Source: Candidatus Poribacteria bacterium (GTDB taxonomy: Bacteria > Poribacteria > WGA-4E > PCPOR2b). Taken from it: a stretch of 64,000 nt of DNA. This document shows positions 10,573 to 20,535 of the stretch, piece by piece; the stretch's first letter is position 1; each line of letters starts with the position of its first letter. The DNA lies in NCBI GenBank assembly GCA_965218095.1, contig OZ244587.1, forward strand, positions 1,184,001 to 1,248,000, given 5' to 3'. The position numbers were made by a program, and so were the translations under genes. A model generated the notes under the pieces. It saw only the letters and a program-made list of their open reading frames with translations. It was not told where the DNA came from and ran no database searches.

Positions 10573-10883
10573 GTTATATTTAACCCGAGTTGCTACCTTT
10601 CACTCCATTTGCCTGTTTTCAGTGATTATAGACATCTTCCTTCAGTGTGGCTGGAAGAAGATGAAGAATGAAACGAGCGGGTTGCTTCCCTTTCTTCCTC
10701 TCGTTCCATAGTTCCAAACCGAAATGGAATAGGTGGCAACTTGGATTATACTTCGACTGGCTATCCATCCACACGATTTCGCACGCTAACTCTAAGTGGT
10801 TTCGGATAAGTAATTGGACATTGGACAAGTGTGCTTCCACCTTCCATTCAATTTCCTTCCAATCCCTAACAGGAGGACAAAAA

Positions 10884-11645
10884 ATGAAAATCAGACTAAA
10901 CCGAATCAAGCACAAGCTGGTCGAGGGCGGTCTCGCATACGTAATCGGTGGCATTACACACCCTGACGACATTGATGCCTTCGGCCCGAACGGGTTCGAC
11001 GGGGTGTGGCTGGAGGGCGAGCACGGCGCAGTGGACGCCGCTGAACTCGGCAACCTCACCCGCGCCTGCGACATCTGGGGCATGACCTCCGTGGTTCGCG
11101 TCAACCGGAACGAGCAGAGCCTCATTTACCGCACGCTCGACCGCGGCGCCCAGGGCATCGTCGTTCCACACGTCAACACGAAGAAAGAGGCGCAAAATGT
11201 GGTCGCCGGCGGCAAGTTCGCCCCTGTCGGTCATCGGGGCATGTTCACGAGTCGCCAGGGCTACGGCGTCCCCGATTACTTCCATGTTGCAAACGATGAG
11301 ACGCTTCTGGTCGTACTGATCGAAGACATCGTCGGCATCAGGAATCTTGACGAGATCCTGACAGTGGATCACATCGACGTGTTCTCTGTCGCACCGTCAG
11401 ACTTGGCGGCTTCGATGGGGCACATCGGTGACATTCAACACCCGGAAGTTCAACACACAATTGATGACGCACTGGCGCGTATTCAGGCCGCGGGGCGTAT
11501 CGCCGGTGCGCTTGCCAACAACGAAAACGTTGCAAAGTACGTCGCGGCAGGTGTCCGATTCTTCCTGACCCAGATTAGATATTGGCTTGCGGCCTCGTCG
11601 GCCGAATTCATGAGCCGCGCCGAGAACGCTAGGCGAGGCGAATGA
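10884..11645 (+). CDS. HpcH/HpaI aldolase family
   Basis: GFDGVWLEGEHG, LDRGAQGIVVPHV, LIED, APSDLAASMG; start at ATG 10884 after AGGAGG. Confidence 0.9.
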   Translation: MKIRLNRIKHKLVEGGLAYVIGGITHPDDIDAFGPNGFDGVWLEGEHGAVDAAELGNLTRACDIWGMTSVVRVNRNEQSLIYRTLDRGAQGIVVPHVNTKKEAQNVVAGGKFAPVGHRGMFTSRQGYGVPDYFHVANDETLLVVLIEDIVGIRNLDEILTVDHIDVFSVAPSDLAASMGHIGDIQHPEVQHTIDDALARIQAAGRIAGALANNENVAKYVAAGVRFFLTQIRYWLAASSAEFMSRAENARRGE

Positions 11646-11686
11646 CAGCCTTGGAGAAATATATCCCCTCTTGCTAAGGAATCCCG

Positions 11687-12379
11687 ATGACAAAAGCCGT
11701 TTTCTTCGATTTCTTCGACACACTTATCTTCTGGACGCAGCCCCTCCACGTAACCATTCGCAAGATCGCCGACCGGTATCAGCTTGATCTGGATTGGGCT
11801 GCATACGACGAGGCGCGAGCGATTATGACCCAAGCATATCAGGCATCAAAGCCGACGGATAACATCCTGGAGACAATGGCGCGACAGATTGACGGATGCT
11901 GCGCGTTTCTGAGGAAGTTGGGGGTGTGTGAACATGTAGAACAAATCGCGTGGGAGGTTTTGCAGTATGAACACGCTATGTTCTCCCGCAACAATGCGAC
12001 GCTCTATGACGACGTGCTGCCGACATTGGATCGGTTGCAGCGGGCGGGACTGAAGATGGCGATTGTTTCTAATTGGGATACGCCTTTACACAATACCGTC
12101 GAGGTGCTTGGCATTGATCGATATTTTGAGGCAATCGTCGCTTCTCATGATCAGCGGGTGCAAAGCGCGAAGCCGGATGCGGCAATTTTTGAACATGCGC
12201 TGAATGTTGTTGGCGCTTCTGCAGACGAAGTGGTTCACGTTGGGGACTCTTACGAGTCGGACATCGTGGGCGCCCAATCCGCAGGCCTCCGCGCGATTCT
12301 GCTGGATCGAGCGGGAACACAGGATAGGCGTTGGGGAGAGGCTATCCGTAACCTCTATGAGTTGTCCGACCTTCTGTAA
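11687..12379 (+). CDS. HAD-IA family hydrolase
   Basis: FDFFDTL, VSNWD, KPDAAIF, HVGDSYESDIVGA. Confidence 0.92.
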   Translation: MTKAVFFDFFDTLIFWTQPLHVTIRKIADRYQLDLDWAAYDEARAIMTQAYQASKPTDNILETMARQIDGCCAFLRKLGVCEHVEQIAWEVLQYEHAMFSRNNATLYDDVLPTLDRLQRAGLKMAIVSNWDTPLHNTVEVLGIDRYFEAIVASHDQRVQSAKPDAAIFEHALNVVGASADEVVHVGDSYESDIVGAQSAGLRAILLDRAGTQDRRWGEAIRNLYELSDLL

Positions 12380-12464
12380 GCATGATATGTCAAACGTGAT
12401 GCGTGATATGTGACGTGATGCCTATTGCACAAGATGAGTCGTTGGTTTTTGAAAGGGGTCACAA

Positions 12465-13181
12465 ATGAGCTTAACCCATAAACAGGTCGAACAGTATGAA
12501 CGCGATGGCTTCCTCGTCGTCGATCGCCTCTTTTCCGAAGCAGAAATCGAACCCTTTCGTGTCGCTGTGGACGACGTGTTGGAAGAGGTACATCAGGAAG
12601 CTATCGCCGCCGGGAGAAATCCCGAGGGTATCTTCAGCAGCGGCGTTTATGTCGGACTATCGCTGCGGCGTGAGATCTTCCGAAAGACCGCTCGTGCCCC
12701 ACGCCTGCTCGATGACCTCGAAGCTCTGATAGGGAAGGATATCGGCTTCCTCAGCGATAAGGTTGCTTTCAAAGGTAAGGGGGTTACATTCAATTCCCCG
12801 TGGCACCAGGATTGGTCGTATTGGGGCGGGAGTCACAAGATTTCTGTATGGGTGGCGCTGGACGGGGCGACGCCGGACAACGGCTGTCTACAAATTCTGC
12901 CAGGCTCTCATCAAAAGCCGATAGACCACGACAATGTCAGATCGGCTGAGGGGTTCGGGCATCAACTGGATTTGGCAGAACGCGGCTTCGACCCGTCGAA
13001 AGTCGTGACGGCGCCTGTCGAGCCAGGCGATGCAATCTATTTCCACGACTTGACGCTGCACGCCTCGCTCCCCAACCGCACAGCAGAGGACCGGCGGGCA
13101 TTGATTATCACGTATCGGGATCTTAGCCAACCGGATCGAGAATATCCGAGCTTGTCTGCTGCAGCACGGGTCCGTGGATAG
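12465..13181 (+). CDS. PhyH-family dioxygenase
   Basis: PWHQDWSYW, DNGCLQILPGSH, FHDLTLHAS. Confidence 0.92.
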   Translation: MSLTHKQVEQYERDGFLVVDRLFSEAEIEPFRVAVDDVLEEVHQEAIAAGRNPEGIFSSGVYVGLSLRREIFRKTARAPRLLDDLEALIGKDIGFLSDKVAFKGKGVTFNSPWHQDWSYWGGSHKISVWVALDGATPDNGCLQILPGSHQKPIDHDNVRSAEGFGHQLDLAERGFDPSKVVTAPVEPGDAIYFHDLTLHASLPNRTAEDRRALIITYRDLSQPDREYPSLSAAARVRG

Positions 13182-13225
13182 CGACGGATGGACTCGTTCG
13201 CTTGCTTTTAATCCGTTGCGCTTAA

Positions 13226-14872
13226 TCACCGTGGAGCGATTGCGCCCAATAACTGGTCTAACTCTCGAATCTTCAGCAACTTGCATGCCCCGATTAAGAC
13301 AGCCACTCCGAGTCCAATTGGAACAAACGCACTGATGAGCCGGGCGATTAAATCCTCTATGCCGATCCAACGCTCGATTTGCGAGTTTGCCCACCAGCAG
13401 ACCCAACCCATGACGCCGGCAGCAACACCTATCTTCATCAGCAGCCTCCAGATGCCGCTCAATCCCAATCTTCCAACTTTTCGTCGCAGGAGAAACAGGA
13501 GTGCCAGAAAATTCAAGGTGATCGTGCAGGAGGTCGAAAGGGCAAGGAATCGGTGATCAAGACGGAGTTTATGGATAAAAAGGTAGTTCAAAAGAATATT
13601 GAGTGCGACAGTGCACAAGCTAACTTTGACCGGCGTGCGTGTGTCGTTGAGAGCGTAAAACCCATCCGTCGCAATCTTGACCGCCGAAAAGCCGCACAGT
13701 CCGAAGGCGAAAAAGATTAGGGTGCCTGCTGTTTGCTGCGTGTCCAAAGCTCCCGCTTTTCCGCCCTCAAAGATCAAGCGGCAGATCGGTTCAGCGAGTA
13801 TCATCAATCCGATTGATGCAGGCAATGTCAGCAGAAACATCAGGCGGAGGGCATGCGAAAAAGATCTGCGATACGCCTCCATTTCTCCCTGTGCGACCAA
13901 TCTGGCAAGGTTTGGCAAGGCGGCAGTGGAAATTGCCACGCCAAAGACCCCAATCGGCAGGTGCATCAGGCGGAAAGCGCGGCTGATCCATGTCAGCCAG
14001 CCCTCTCCCTTTGACGCGAACATCGAGTTGACAAACAGGTTCACCTGCAGCGTAGCGACTCCAAGAATCGCGGGACCAATCAGGCGCATGACCTGTCGCA
14101 CTCGCTCATCGCGAAAACTGATGAGTGGTCGGTAGCGAAATCCAACGCGCCACATTGAAGGTGCCTGGATCAAGAACTGCGATGCACCGCCGACGAGCAC
14201 TCCAACTGCCATCCCTGTTGTCGGGTGTAAGTCAAAGCGCGGTGCGACGTAGTACCCCCCCACACCAACGAGTAGCGATCCAAGGTTGAAAAAAGAGGAC
14301 GCGCAGGCGGGGACTCCAAATTTCCCCTTGCTGTTGAGAAGCCCCATTGCAACTGCTGCAAGTGAAACCAGCATCAGGAACGGGAACATGATCCGCGTGA
14401 GATAGACTGTCAGATCGCGTTTGGTGCTGAATCCAAAGTGTTCTGACGAATCGAGATCAACATCTTGAAACCCTTTGCCCATGAACATCAAATCGACGAT
14501 AAGGGGGGCTGCGAGAATACCGATTAGCGTGAGCAGCGTAAGCGCCAAAGCAATCGCGTTGAAGATTCGACTCGCCAAACGCCATGCAACTTCTCCGCCA
14601 TCCTCCAATTCCGTCGCCGTAAACGTCGTCACAAATGCCTTGCTTAACACCCCTTCACCAAACAGATCGCGCATTAAATTGGGGATGCGGAATGCCGCAT
14701 AAAACGCATCTCCACCGATTCCGGCGGCAAAATAGTGAGCAATCGCTTTTTCGCGGACAAGCCCAAGAATACGTGAACCCATTACGGCGATGCTGACAAT
14801 TCCCGCAGATCGGGTTACGTGCTTCTGGTCTCCGTTGATTGAAGTTGGGGCGGTATGGATTTCGTTTGCCAT
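13226..14872 (-). CDS. murJ: Lipid II flippase MurJ
   Basis: SRILGLVRE, DAFYAAFRIPNLMRDLFGEG, many TM segments. Confidence 0.95.
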   Translation of the reverse strand: MANEIHTAPTSINGDQKHVTRSAGIVSIAVMGSRILGLVREKAIAHYFAAGIGGDAFYAAFRIPNLMRDLFGEGVLSKAFVTTFTATELEDGGEVAWRLASRIFNAIALALTLLTLIGILAAPLIVDLMFMGKGFQDVDLDSSEHFGFSTKRDLTVYLTRIMFPFLMLVSLAAVAMGLLNSKGKFGVPACASSFFNLGSLLVGVGGYYVAPRFDLHPTTGMAVGVLVGGASQFLIQAPSMWRVGFRYRPLISFRDERVRQVMRLIGPAILGVATLQVNLFVNSMFASKGEGWLTWISRAFRLMHLPIGVFGVAISTAALPNLARLVAQGEMEAYRRSFSHALRLMFLLTLPASIGLMILAEPICRLIFEGGKAGALDTQQTAGTLIFFAFGLCGFSAVKIATDGFYALNDTRTPVKVSLCTVALNILLNYLFIHKLRLDHRFLALSTSCTITLNFLALLFLLRRKVGRLGLSGIWRLLMKIGVAAGVMGWVCWWANSQIERWIGIEDLIARLISAFVPIGLGVAVLIGACKLLKIRELDQLLGAIAPR

Positions 14873-14888
14873 TTTGCGATCAACTCTT

Positions 14889-14917
14889 TTGACATTTTAC
14901 CGAATGTGAGGTACACT
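14889..14917 (+). promoter_or_regulatory. sigma70-type promoter
   Basis: TTGACA-N17-TACACT upstream of 14988. Confidence 0.55.
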
Positions 14918-14987
14918 TATCTTCACGCAGGAGATGTAACCAGAGGCAAGGTTGCACATAACCTACAATAGTGAGGTTTGTTGAACC

Positions 14988-15374
14988 ATGCGACAAAAAC
15001 GATATTTTACTGTAGAAGAAGCAAACCGGCTGATTCCCATTTTGGAACAAGAACTCTCAGAATTGAAGGGACTTCGGCAGGAACTCGAAGCACTCGGGGC
15101 GGAATTGACCCCATTCTTTGAAGTCATTCGTCACAACGGTGGGCATCGAAAAACACCGCAGTTTCTCGAATTGACAGGAAAATTCCGGGACGCCATTGAG
15201 GAGATTCAGTCCTATGGGTGCACGATAAAAGATATAAATCCGGGATTAATCGACTTCCCTCACCTTCGGGAGGGTAGGGAGGTTCACCTCTGCTGGAGGG
15301 CTGGGGAAGAAGCGGTCTTGTACTGGCACGAGGTTGATGCCGGATTTGCCGGAAGACAGTTGATTGAAGAGTAA
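14988..15374 (+). CDS. DUF2203-family protein
   Basis: FTVEEANRLIP, IKDINPGLIDFP, LCWRAGE...YWH...GFAGR. Confidence 0.88.
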   Translation: MRQKRYFTVEEANRLIPILEQELSELKGLRQELEALGAELTPFFEVIRHNGGHRKTPQFLELTGKFRDAIEEIQSYGCTIKDINPGLIDFPHLREGREVHLCWRAGEEAVLYWHEVDAGFAGRQLIEE

Positions 15375-15391
15375 AGTTAAGCGCAGCAAAA

Positions 15392-15468
15392 TCTCCCGAT
15401 TCTATCGGGATTCACGGCTCGGTAATGTTCGCTCCGAACAAACCGAGTCGGAACCGATCTATCGGGGC
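15392..15468. repeat. REP-like palindromic element (CCCGAT..ATCGGG hairpins)
   Basis: tcccgattctatcggga and ccgatctatcgg flank a further stem; related motif at 55726-55740. Confidence 0.55.
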
Positions 15469-15482
15469 AGTGTCTACAGGGT

Positions 15483-15655
15483 TTAAGGGATTAAGGCAAC
15501 CCAATCTCGGTCTAATGGCACCCGGTCCACCTGCCAGCCATAGACGTTAATCTCATACACCTGTCGGCCCTCTTCTATACTCTCTTCAAAGATAATACGT
15601 TCCCCATCGGGAAACCACTTCAGAGTTGTAGCAAACTCCACCAGCAAATTAAACC
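15483..15655 (-). pseudogene. C-terminal fragment of a TolB/PD40-like beta-propeller protein
   Basis: LKWFPDGERIIFEE...RQVYEINVYG; no start of its own. Confidence 0.5.
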
Positions 15656-16404
15656 CTAAGAAACAGAACCTGCCTTTTTTAATGCCGCACTTAAAAACTC
15701 CAAGGCTGCCGTGCGGCGTAAGTATGGGTGGGCGAACTGATTCCGATAACCGCGTAGGCAGCCGTAGCAACTTTCGTCACAACCACAACCACCTTCAACC
15801 CGTGTTCTTGCGTTGCGAAGCATTTCCAAAAAAATTTTCTTATTTTCTAAATGTGCCACTAACCCGGCGCCACCCGGAACGTTATCATACAACACAATCG
15901 CCGCATCGTCCGCAGTATCCCCGCCAGTAATGGTGACGTTCAAGTCGGTATCCGGCACATCCAGTGCCTCGACCGCACCCAATAAAACGGCGTATGCGAG
16001 AGAATACGCCTCCCATTGATCGACCAATCTAGGAAATTGCAAACGGACTACATCAGTGATGAATTCATGTCCGAGAGACAGAGGTTCCAGAGGTCTGTTA
16101 CAATCACGACCTTCGGGTGTTTTATGCGAACTATCTGGCTCAGTGTAATGCGCGCCGCAGGAGCGACAAATATAAAACCCATTACCGTTTTTTCCTTCGC
16201 ATAGAACAACTAGGCCTCCTTGCAACGCTTGGGTAATCCTGATACCGAACAAATCCTTTGACGCATTCTCCAGTTGGGTGTCGTCATCAAACCCACGGAA
16301 GAACGGGCGCGTGGTATACAAACGGTGTGACCTCCCATGCGGCTCTTTGGGTTGATCCAGCAGCGAGGTCACGAAACCGAATTCGGGCCACAGGTATTTT
16401 CTTT
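15656..16404 (-). pseudogene. DEAD/DEAH helicase with DUF1998, C-terminal segment
   Basis: LGHEFITDV, LYDNVPGGAG, CGCDESCYGCLRGYRNQFAH (DUF1998 four-Cys motif); continues in frame from 18502-19204. Confidence 0.88.
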
Positions 16405-16462
16405 CGCGCTCATAAGTTTTAGACTTGATTTTTCCTTGAAAATCTGAAAGGAGTTAAGAACG

Positions 16463-16939
16463 ATGAATGTATTTGATGCTGTAGAAAGATTTTCGGATCA
16501 AGAGAGTTGTATTAAACACTTAGAAACCATCCGCTGGGGGGGTAAACCTAAGTGTCCGTATTGCGAAAGTGATCATGTAGCACCGAAACAGGAAGGCGAT
16601 AAAGTTGGACGGTGGAATTGCCATTGTTGCAAGTCGAGTTTCAATGTTTTATCCGGCACCTTGTTTCAAGGTACACAGGTTCCGCTTCAGAAGTGGTTTC
16701 TGGCTATCTTGCTTATGAATAATGCGAAGAAAAGCCTATCCAGTTGTCAACTTGCCCGACATTTAGACTTAACCCAGCCTTCCGCATGGTATATGATGCA
16801 ACGAATACGGTCTGAGATGGGCAGAAAAGGTAAAGTTCCGATGGAATCGGAATCCTCGGAAGCGGGTTCCGCGGGACGCGGAATGCTCGCCTTGCGGCAC
16901 TTGCTGAGAGACATTATCGAGAAACCACTTCAGGGCTAA
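16463..16939 (+). pseudogene. IS1595-family transposase, truncated before the DDE domain
   Basis: IRWGGKPKCPYC, WNCHCCKSSFNVLSGTLF, PLQKWF, LSSCQLARHL, AWYMMQRIR; similarity stops near 16838. Confidence 0.88.
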
Positions 16940-16997
16940 AACCCAATACTTTAGTTTTGGGAGTATGTCAATGAAGTTGACGAAACGTAGCGAGTGG

Positions 16998-17045
16998 TAG
17001 CAGAAGGTGTCCGTTCCGAGACAGGATTGATAGCACCCTCTGCTA
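16998..17045. terminator. Hairpin, possible terminator between the convergent transposase and dockerin genes
   Basis: tagcagaaggtg ... caccctctgcta (11/12 inverted repeat). Confidence 0.45.
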
Positions 17046-17051
17046 TTTTCA

Positions 17052-18473
17052 CTAGTCAAACTGTTTGGCAACAAGCACTAAATCAAAAATGTTTACAATG
17101 CCATCACCGTTGAGATCGGGCTTTGTTTTGCCGAAGTTTTTTGCAACCAATACCAGATCCAAGATATTGATTCTACCATCACCGTTGACATCAGCCGGGT
17201 TAGGGGTTTTGAGGTAGATTTCGCCATCTAAATCGGGAAGGATATGGATCATATCCTTCTTGTTGCTAGACATGGCAATCGTTGGTTGAGGCAATAAAAT
17301 TGCCTGCTCAGTCCTACTCCGGTTGTAGACTGCCCAGCCGTTAGTAAACTCTCGGATATACAAACCCTCGATATCTTGATACCGTTGGGTAATGGGACCG
17401 ATAGGTTGTCCGAGGTCAGCGTCCCAAAAAGGGTGCCAGATGTGTTTCTGGTAACCTTTTTGTCCGTTTTTTGTTCCAATAGTATAGAGCGAATATCCAT
17501 TAGACAGGGTGAGGCTCATTGTTGTGAATAAGCGCATCCACTGTCTATTTCTTGGGCTATCTGGTGGTTCAGCACCGATGCCGAAACCTCTTAAAAGGTT
17601 GATTTTGGGTTCTCGGACGTTTGCTTCATACCAGATAAGATTGTTTTCAATATCAATAATATCCGCGCGTGTGTACCCTTCTTCGCGCGTATTCGGGAAA
17701 GTTTCCATGAAACCGCCATTGATGTAAGGGGCTGAAAGCGGAAGTGGGTTCCGATTGTTATTACATAGAATGAGAAAATCGTCCGGCACAACTGCACGAA
17801 TTTTCTGGAGAATTGAGATGAGTGCCTGTCGTTCCACCTCAAGATCGAGCTGGTATTGCGGCGTTCTTTCATATTCATAATATGGGACCGTAGTCTCATC
17901 ATAAAGCACGACGTAGTTTTCCGCCCATGCGTCGAATACGATGCCGTCATACAAGCCACTTTTTGCGATAGCACCCGCCCGTTGAGCAATAACGTCTTGA
18001 ACTTCTGGCAATCTAAAATCAATTAGATAATCATTACCCCTGCGAACAGGATTTCCGTTGGCGTCTCTTAGCCAACCAAACCAATCTTCGGAATAACGAT
18101 CGGGGGAGGCATAACTTTGTCGAAGATCGAAGAGTAATATCAGATTGGGGTTTATGGAGAGCAGTTCATCCCGTATGGCTATCATTCTTGGTAAATCACC
18201 AATTAATTGATACCCTTCCGGGGTCAGTTGAAGCCCCTTACTCAAGTAATGCCACCAAAGATCATGAGTAGCAATACGTTCATTATAAGGTATCGAATCA
18301 TCCCACCAGTTACCACCACGATTCAAGATTCCATCGTCCCATGGTAGTGCAATAGATGGAAGGCTTCGATTGTCGATTCTGTCTCGAATCGAAGCGGTTT
18401 GAGAAGATTGCTGTGCAAAGGCAGAAGTCACAGCAAAGACGAATAAACAAACAGCAAAAACAAAACGTCTCAT
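17052..18473 (-). CDS. Secreted putative glycoside hydrolase (GHL15-like) with C-terminal dockerin domain
   Basis: Signal peptide MRRFVFAVCLFVFAVTSAFA; YDGIVFD; dockerin repeats DVNGDGRINILDLVLVA and DLNGDGIVNIFDLVLVA; RBS AAGGA. Confidence 0.78.
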   Translation of the reverse strand: MRRFVFAVCLFVFAVTSAFAQQSSQTASIRDRIDNRSLPSIALPWDDGILNRGGNWWDDSIPYNERIATHDLWWHYLSKGLQLTPEGYQLIGDLPRMIAIRDELLSINPNLILLFDLRQSYASPDRYSEDWFGWLRDANGNPVRRGNDYLIDFRLPEVQDVIAQRAGAIAKSGLYDGIVFDAWAENYVVLYDETTVPYYEYERTPQYQLDLEVERQALISILQKIRAVVPDDFLILCNNNRNPLPLSAPYINGGFMETFPNTREEGYTRADIIDIENNLIWYEANVREPKINLLRGFGIGAEPPDSPRNRQWMRLFTTMSLTLSNGYSLYTIGTKNGQKGYQKHIWHPFWDADLGQPIGPITQRYQDIEGLYIREFTNGWAVYNRSRTEQAILLPQPTIAMSSNKKDMIHILPDLDGEIYLKTPNPADVNGDGRINILDLVLVAKNFGKTKPDLNGDGIVNIFDLVLVAKQFD

Positions 18474-18501
18474 TTTAGGGTGTTCCTTTCTTTTGAGAGT
18501 G

Positions 18502-19204
18502 TTTTCTTTTAGAGGGACCGTTGGTTTCGTTCCATTGCTTGAAATTACGTGCATCATCGTAATCATAGCACATCACTCGAAATTCCTTACCGATAATTTT
18601 TTTTACTCCGTGGGAAATCCATTCCCTTTTGTCTGCGACAACCTTACCTCCCGGTGCGTATTCGGCAATGGCCTGCTGCAAATCCCGCTGTAAAGAAACT
18701 TTTGCTGCATCTGCCCTGCTTTTCGGACGAGTGTCTAGTTCCACAACGTCTACTGGAAAACCATATTCAGGAATAATAGCCTTGCGTGATAAGAAGGTCA
18801 GCGTCCTTTCCTCGGCGATGGTTTTCATGCGTCTATCCATTTGATTGACATGCGAGTAATCTCCCTTTTGATAGCATTCTTCTATCATTTCCCGCATCTT
18901 GCGATAGTCATCGCAAATTTCCTGCTCGGCATAGGCGAAACGGCTTTCCGGTCCCGCGATTTCTTCCACCCATTTCCCGTTGTTTAGCCCCGTTTCGACG
19001 TGCATATCCGACGGGACCACGAAGCGCATAGACTTATGTAACTCGTCATTATTCCGGCAAAAATCCTCAAAGTCAGAAACAGCGCGAGGATTATCCCAAT
19101 CGTTGATAAGATCCTGCACATTCTTGAACCGCTCCACGTTATCTCTTTTTTTGAAAAATGCGGACAACGCCACGGCGGTGATATGCCGTAAAATAATTCT
19201 TTTA
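18502..19204 (-). pseudogene. DEAD/DEAH-DUF1998 helicase, middle segment
   Basis: RHITAVALSAFF, LSRKAIIPEYGFPVDVVEL, LQRDLQQAIAEYAPG; the ATPase N-terminus is missing. Confidence 0.85.
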
Positions 19205-19223
19205 CGCAATCAGTAGTTTAGGG

Positions 19224-19252
19224 TTGAATTTCTGTGATAAATCGGGTATAAT
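19224..19252 (+). promoter_or_regulatory. Transposase promoter
   Basis: TTGAAT-N17-TATAAT, followed by AAAGGAG RBS. Confidence 0.6.
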
Positions 19253-19290
19253 AAAGGTGTTCAAACCCGCATTATCAAAGGAGTTCAGCC

Positions 19291-19966
19291 ATGAATTTGT
19301 TTGACACTATGGAACGATTTCCAGACCATAAATCTTGCATAGAATATCTTGAAAATATCCGCTGGGGTGATAATCCATATTGCCCACATTGTGGAAGTGT
19401 AGACGTGTATCAAAAGTTAGATGGCACCCGTGTAGGACGCTGGCATTGTAAGGATTGCCATGCAAGTTTTAATGTCTTAGCCAAGACGTTGTTTCAGGGA
19501 ACTCATGTTCCGCTTCAGAAGTGGTTTCTCGCCATCAGAGTGGTTTCTCGCCATCAGTCTGATGATGAATGCGAAGAAGAGCCTATCCAGTTGTCAGCTT
19601 GCCCGCGATTTGGGAATCAATCAGAAGACCGCATGGTATATGCAAGTCCGTATTCGTGCTGAAATGGCATCGAAGGGGGGCGGTCTCCTGAAAGGCATTG
19701 TTGAAACTGATGAAACCTACGTTGGTGGTAAGCCGAGAAAGGGAAACAAACGTAAGGATGATGAACCGAAGAACCCACGCGGGCGTGGCACGAAGAAAAC
19801 GCCGATCATTGGGGCTGTGGAACGCGGTGGCAAGGTTGTAGCCAAGGACCTGACGGGGAGAGGTGTCCTGAAGTTTATCAGGAATTACGTCAACCCAGAC
19901 GGGGCCGTGCTGATGACTGATGAATATCAAGCGTATAACGCGGTTGATTCTGCGTTCAAGCATGAA
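19291..19966 (+). pseudogene. IS1595-family transposase, frameshifted and C-terminally deleted
   Basis: Zn ribbon CPHC..CKDC, VETDETYVGG, GRGTKK, LMTDEYQAY; a perfect 19-bp tandem duplication at 19520-19557 causes the frameshift. Confidence 0.9.
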
Positions 19967-20535
19967 TTGGTTTCAGTTGCCTTATTACCTGACTCATCTT
20001 CGCCCGGTGCTGCGGAATCTGTCTGGGAGTCAGATTCCGCACCCGTATTCTCCTGACTCTGGGGTTCATCGGAATCTGTGAGGTTTTCTTCTGTTTCTTG
20101 TGTTTCTGGTTGCTCTGCCGATGCTTGGTCATCTGACTTTTCTTCTCCCTGTTCTACGGAATCTGTCCGGGAATCGGACTGGGGCTTGGTTTCGGTTGCC
20201 TTGTTATCTGGCTTGTCTTCGTCCGGTGCTTCGGAATCTGTCTGGGAGTCAGATTCCGCACCCGTATTCTCCTGATCCTGGGATTCATCTGAAGTCGTAG
20301 GATGTTCTTCTACTGTCCCGTTTTCACGCTGATTTGCTGTTTTCTCATCAGCAGCTACTACATCAGGTTTTTCGCTTTCTTGTGAATCTATTTTGGAGAC
20401 TGAATCACGGTTTGTGCTGTTGTTCTTGATCGAAAACCGGTGCCAAATGGCTTTGACTTTGATGAGTATTTTAACAAACTTCTTGAACATTGCCTTATAA
20501 CCTTTTTTGAATGCTTTGATAAGCTCGTTGAACAT
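19927..20535 (-). CDS. Acidic low-complexity protein with a 73-aa repeat, 3'-truncated by fusion to the transposase remnant
   Basis: QENTGAESDSQTDS...NKATET occurs twice; DNA repeat offset 219 bp (19997 and 20216). Confidence 0.55.
   Translation of the reverse strand: MFNELIKAFKKGYKAMFKKFVKILIKVKAIWHRFSIKNNSTNRDSVSKIDSQESEKPDVVAADEKTANQRENGTVEEHPTTSDESQDQENTGAESDSQTDSEAPDEDKPDNKATETKPQSDSRTDSVEQGEEKSDDQASAEQPETQETEENLTDSDEPQSQENTGAESDSQTDSAAPGEDESGNKATETNSCLNAESTALYA

Larger units (their letters stand above)
16405..18501. mobile_element. IS1595-derived non-autonomous passenger-carrying element (tIS/MIC-like), 2,097 bp
   Basis: 8-bp direct repeat TTTTCTTT at 16397-16404 and 18502-18509; imperfect ends CGCGCTCATAAG/CACTCTCAAAAG (9/12); excision restores the helicase frame. 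Confidence 0.8.

Noticed and set aside
16408-16417. GCTCATAAGT shared with the inverted repeat of the IS at 45531-45540
   Set aside because: A 10-bp match between unrelated transposase families is probably chance.
16964-16990. In-frame EVDET resembling the IS1595 catalytic motif
   Set aside because: It is separated from the transposase by stops and unrelated sequence and is followed immediately by a stop; this cannot be distinguished from chance.
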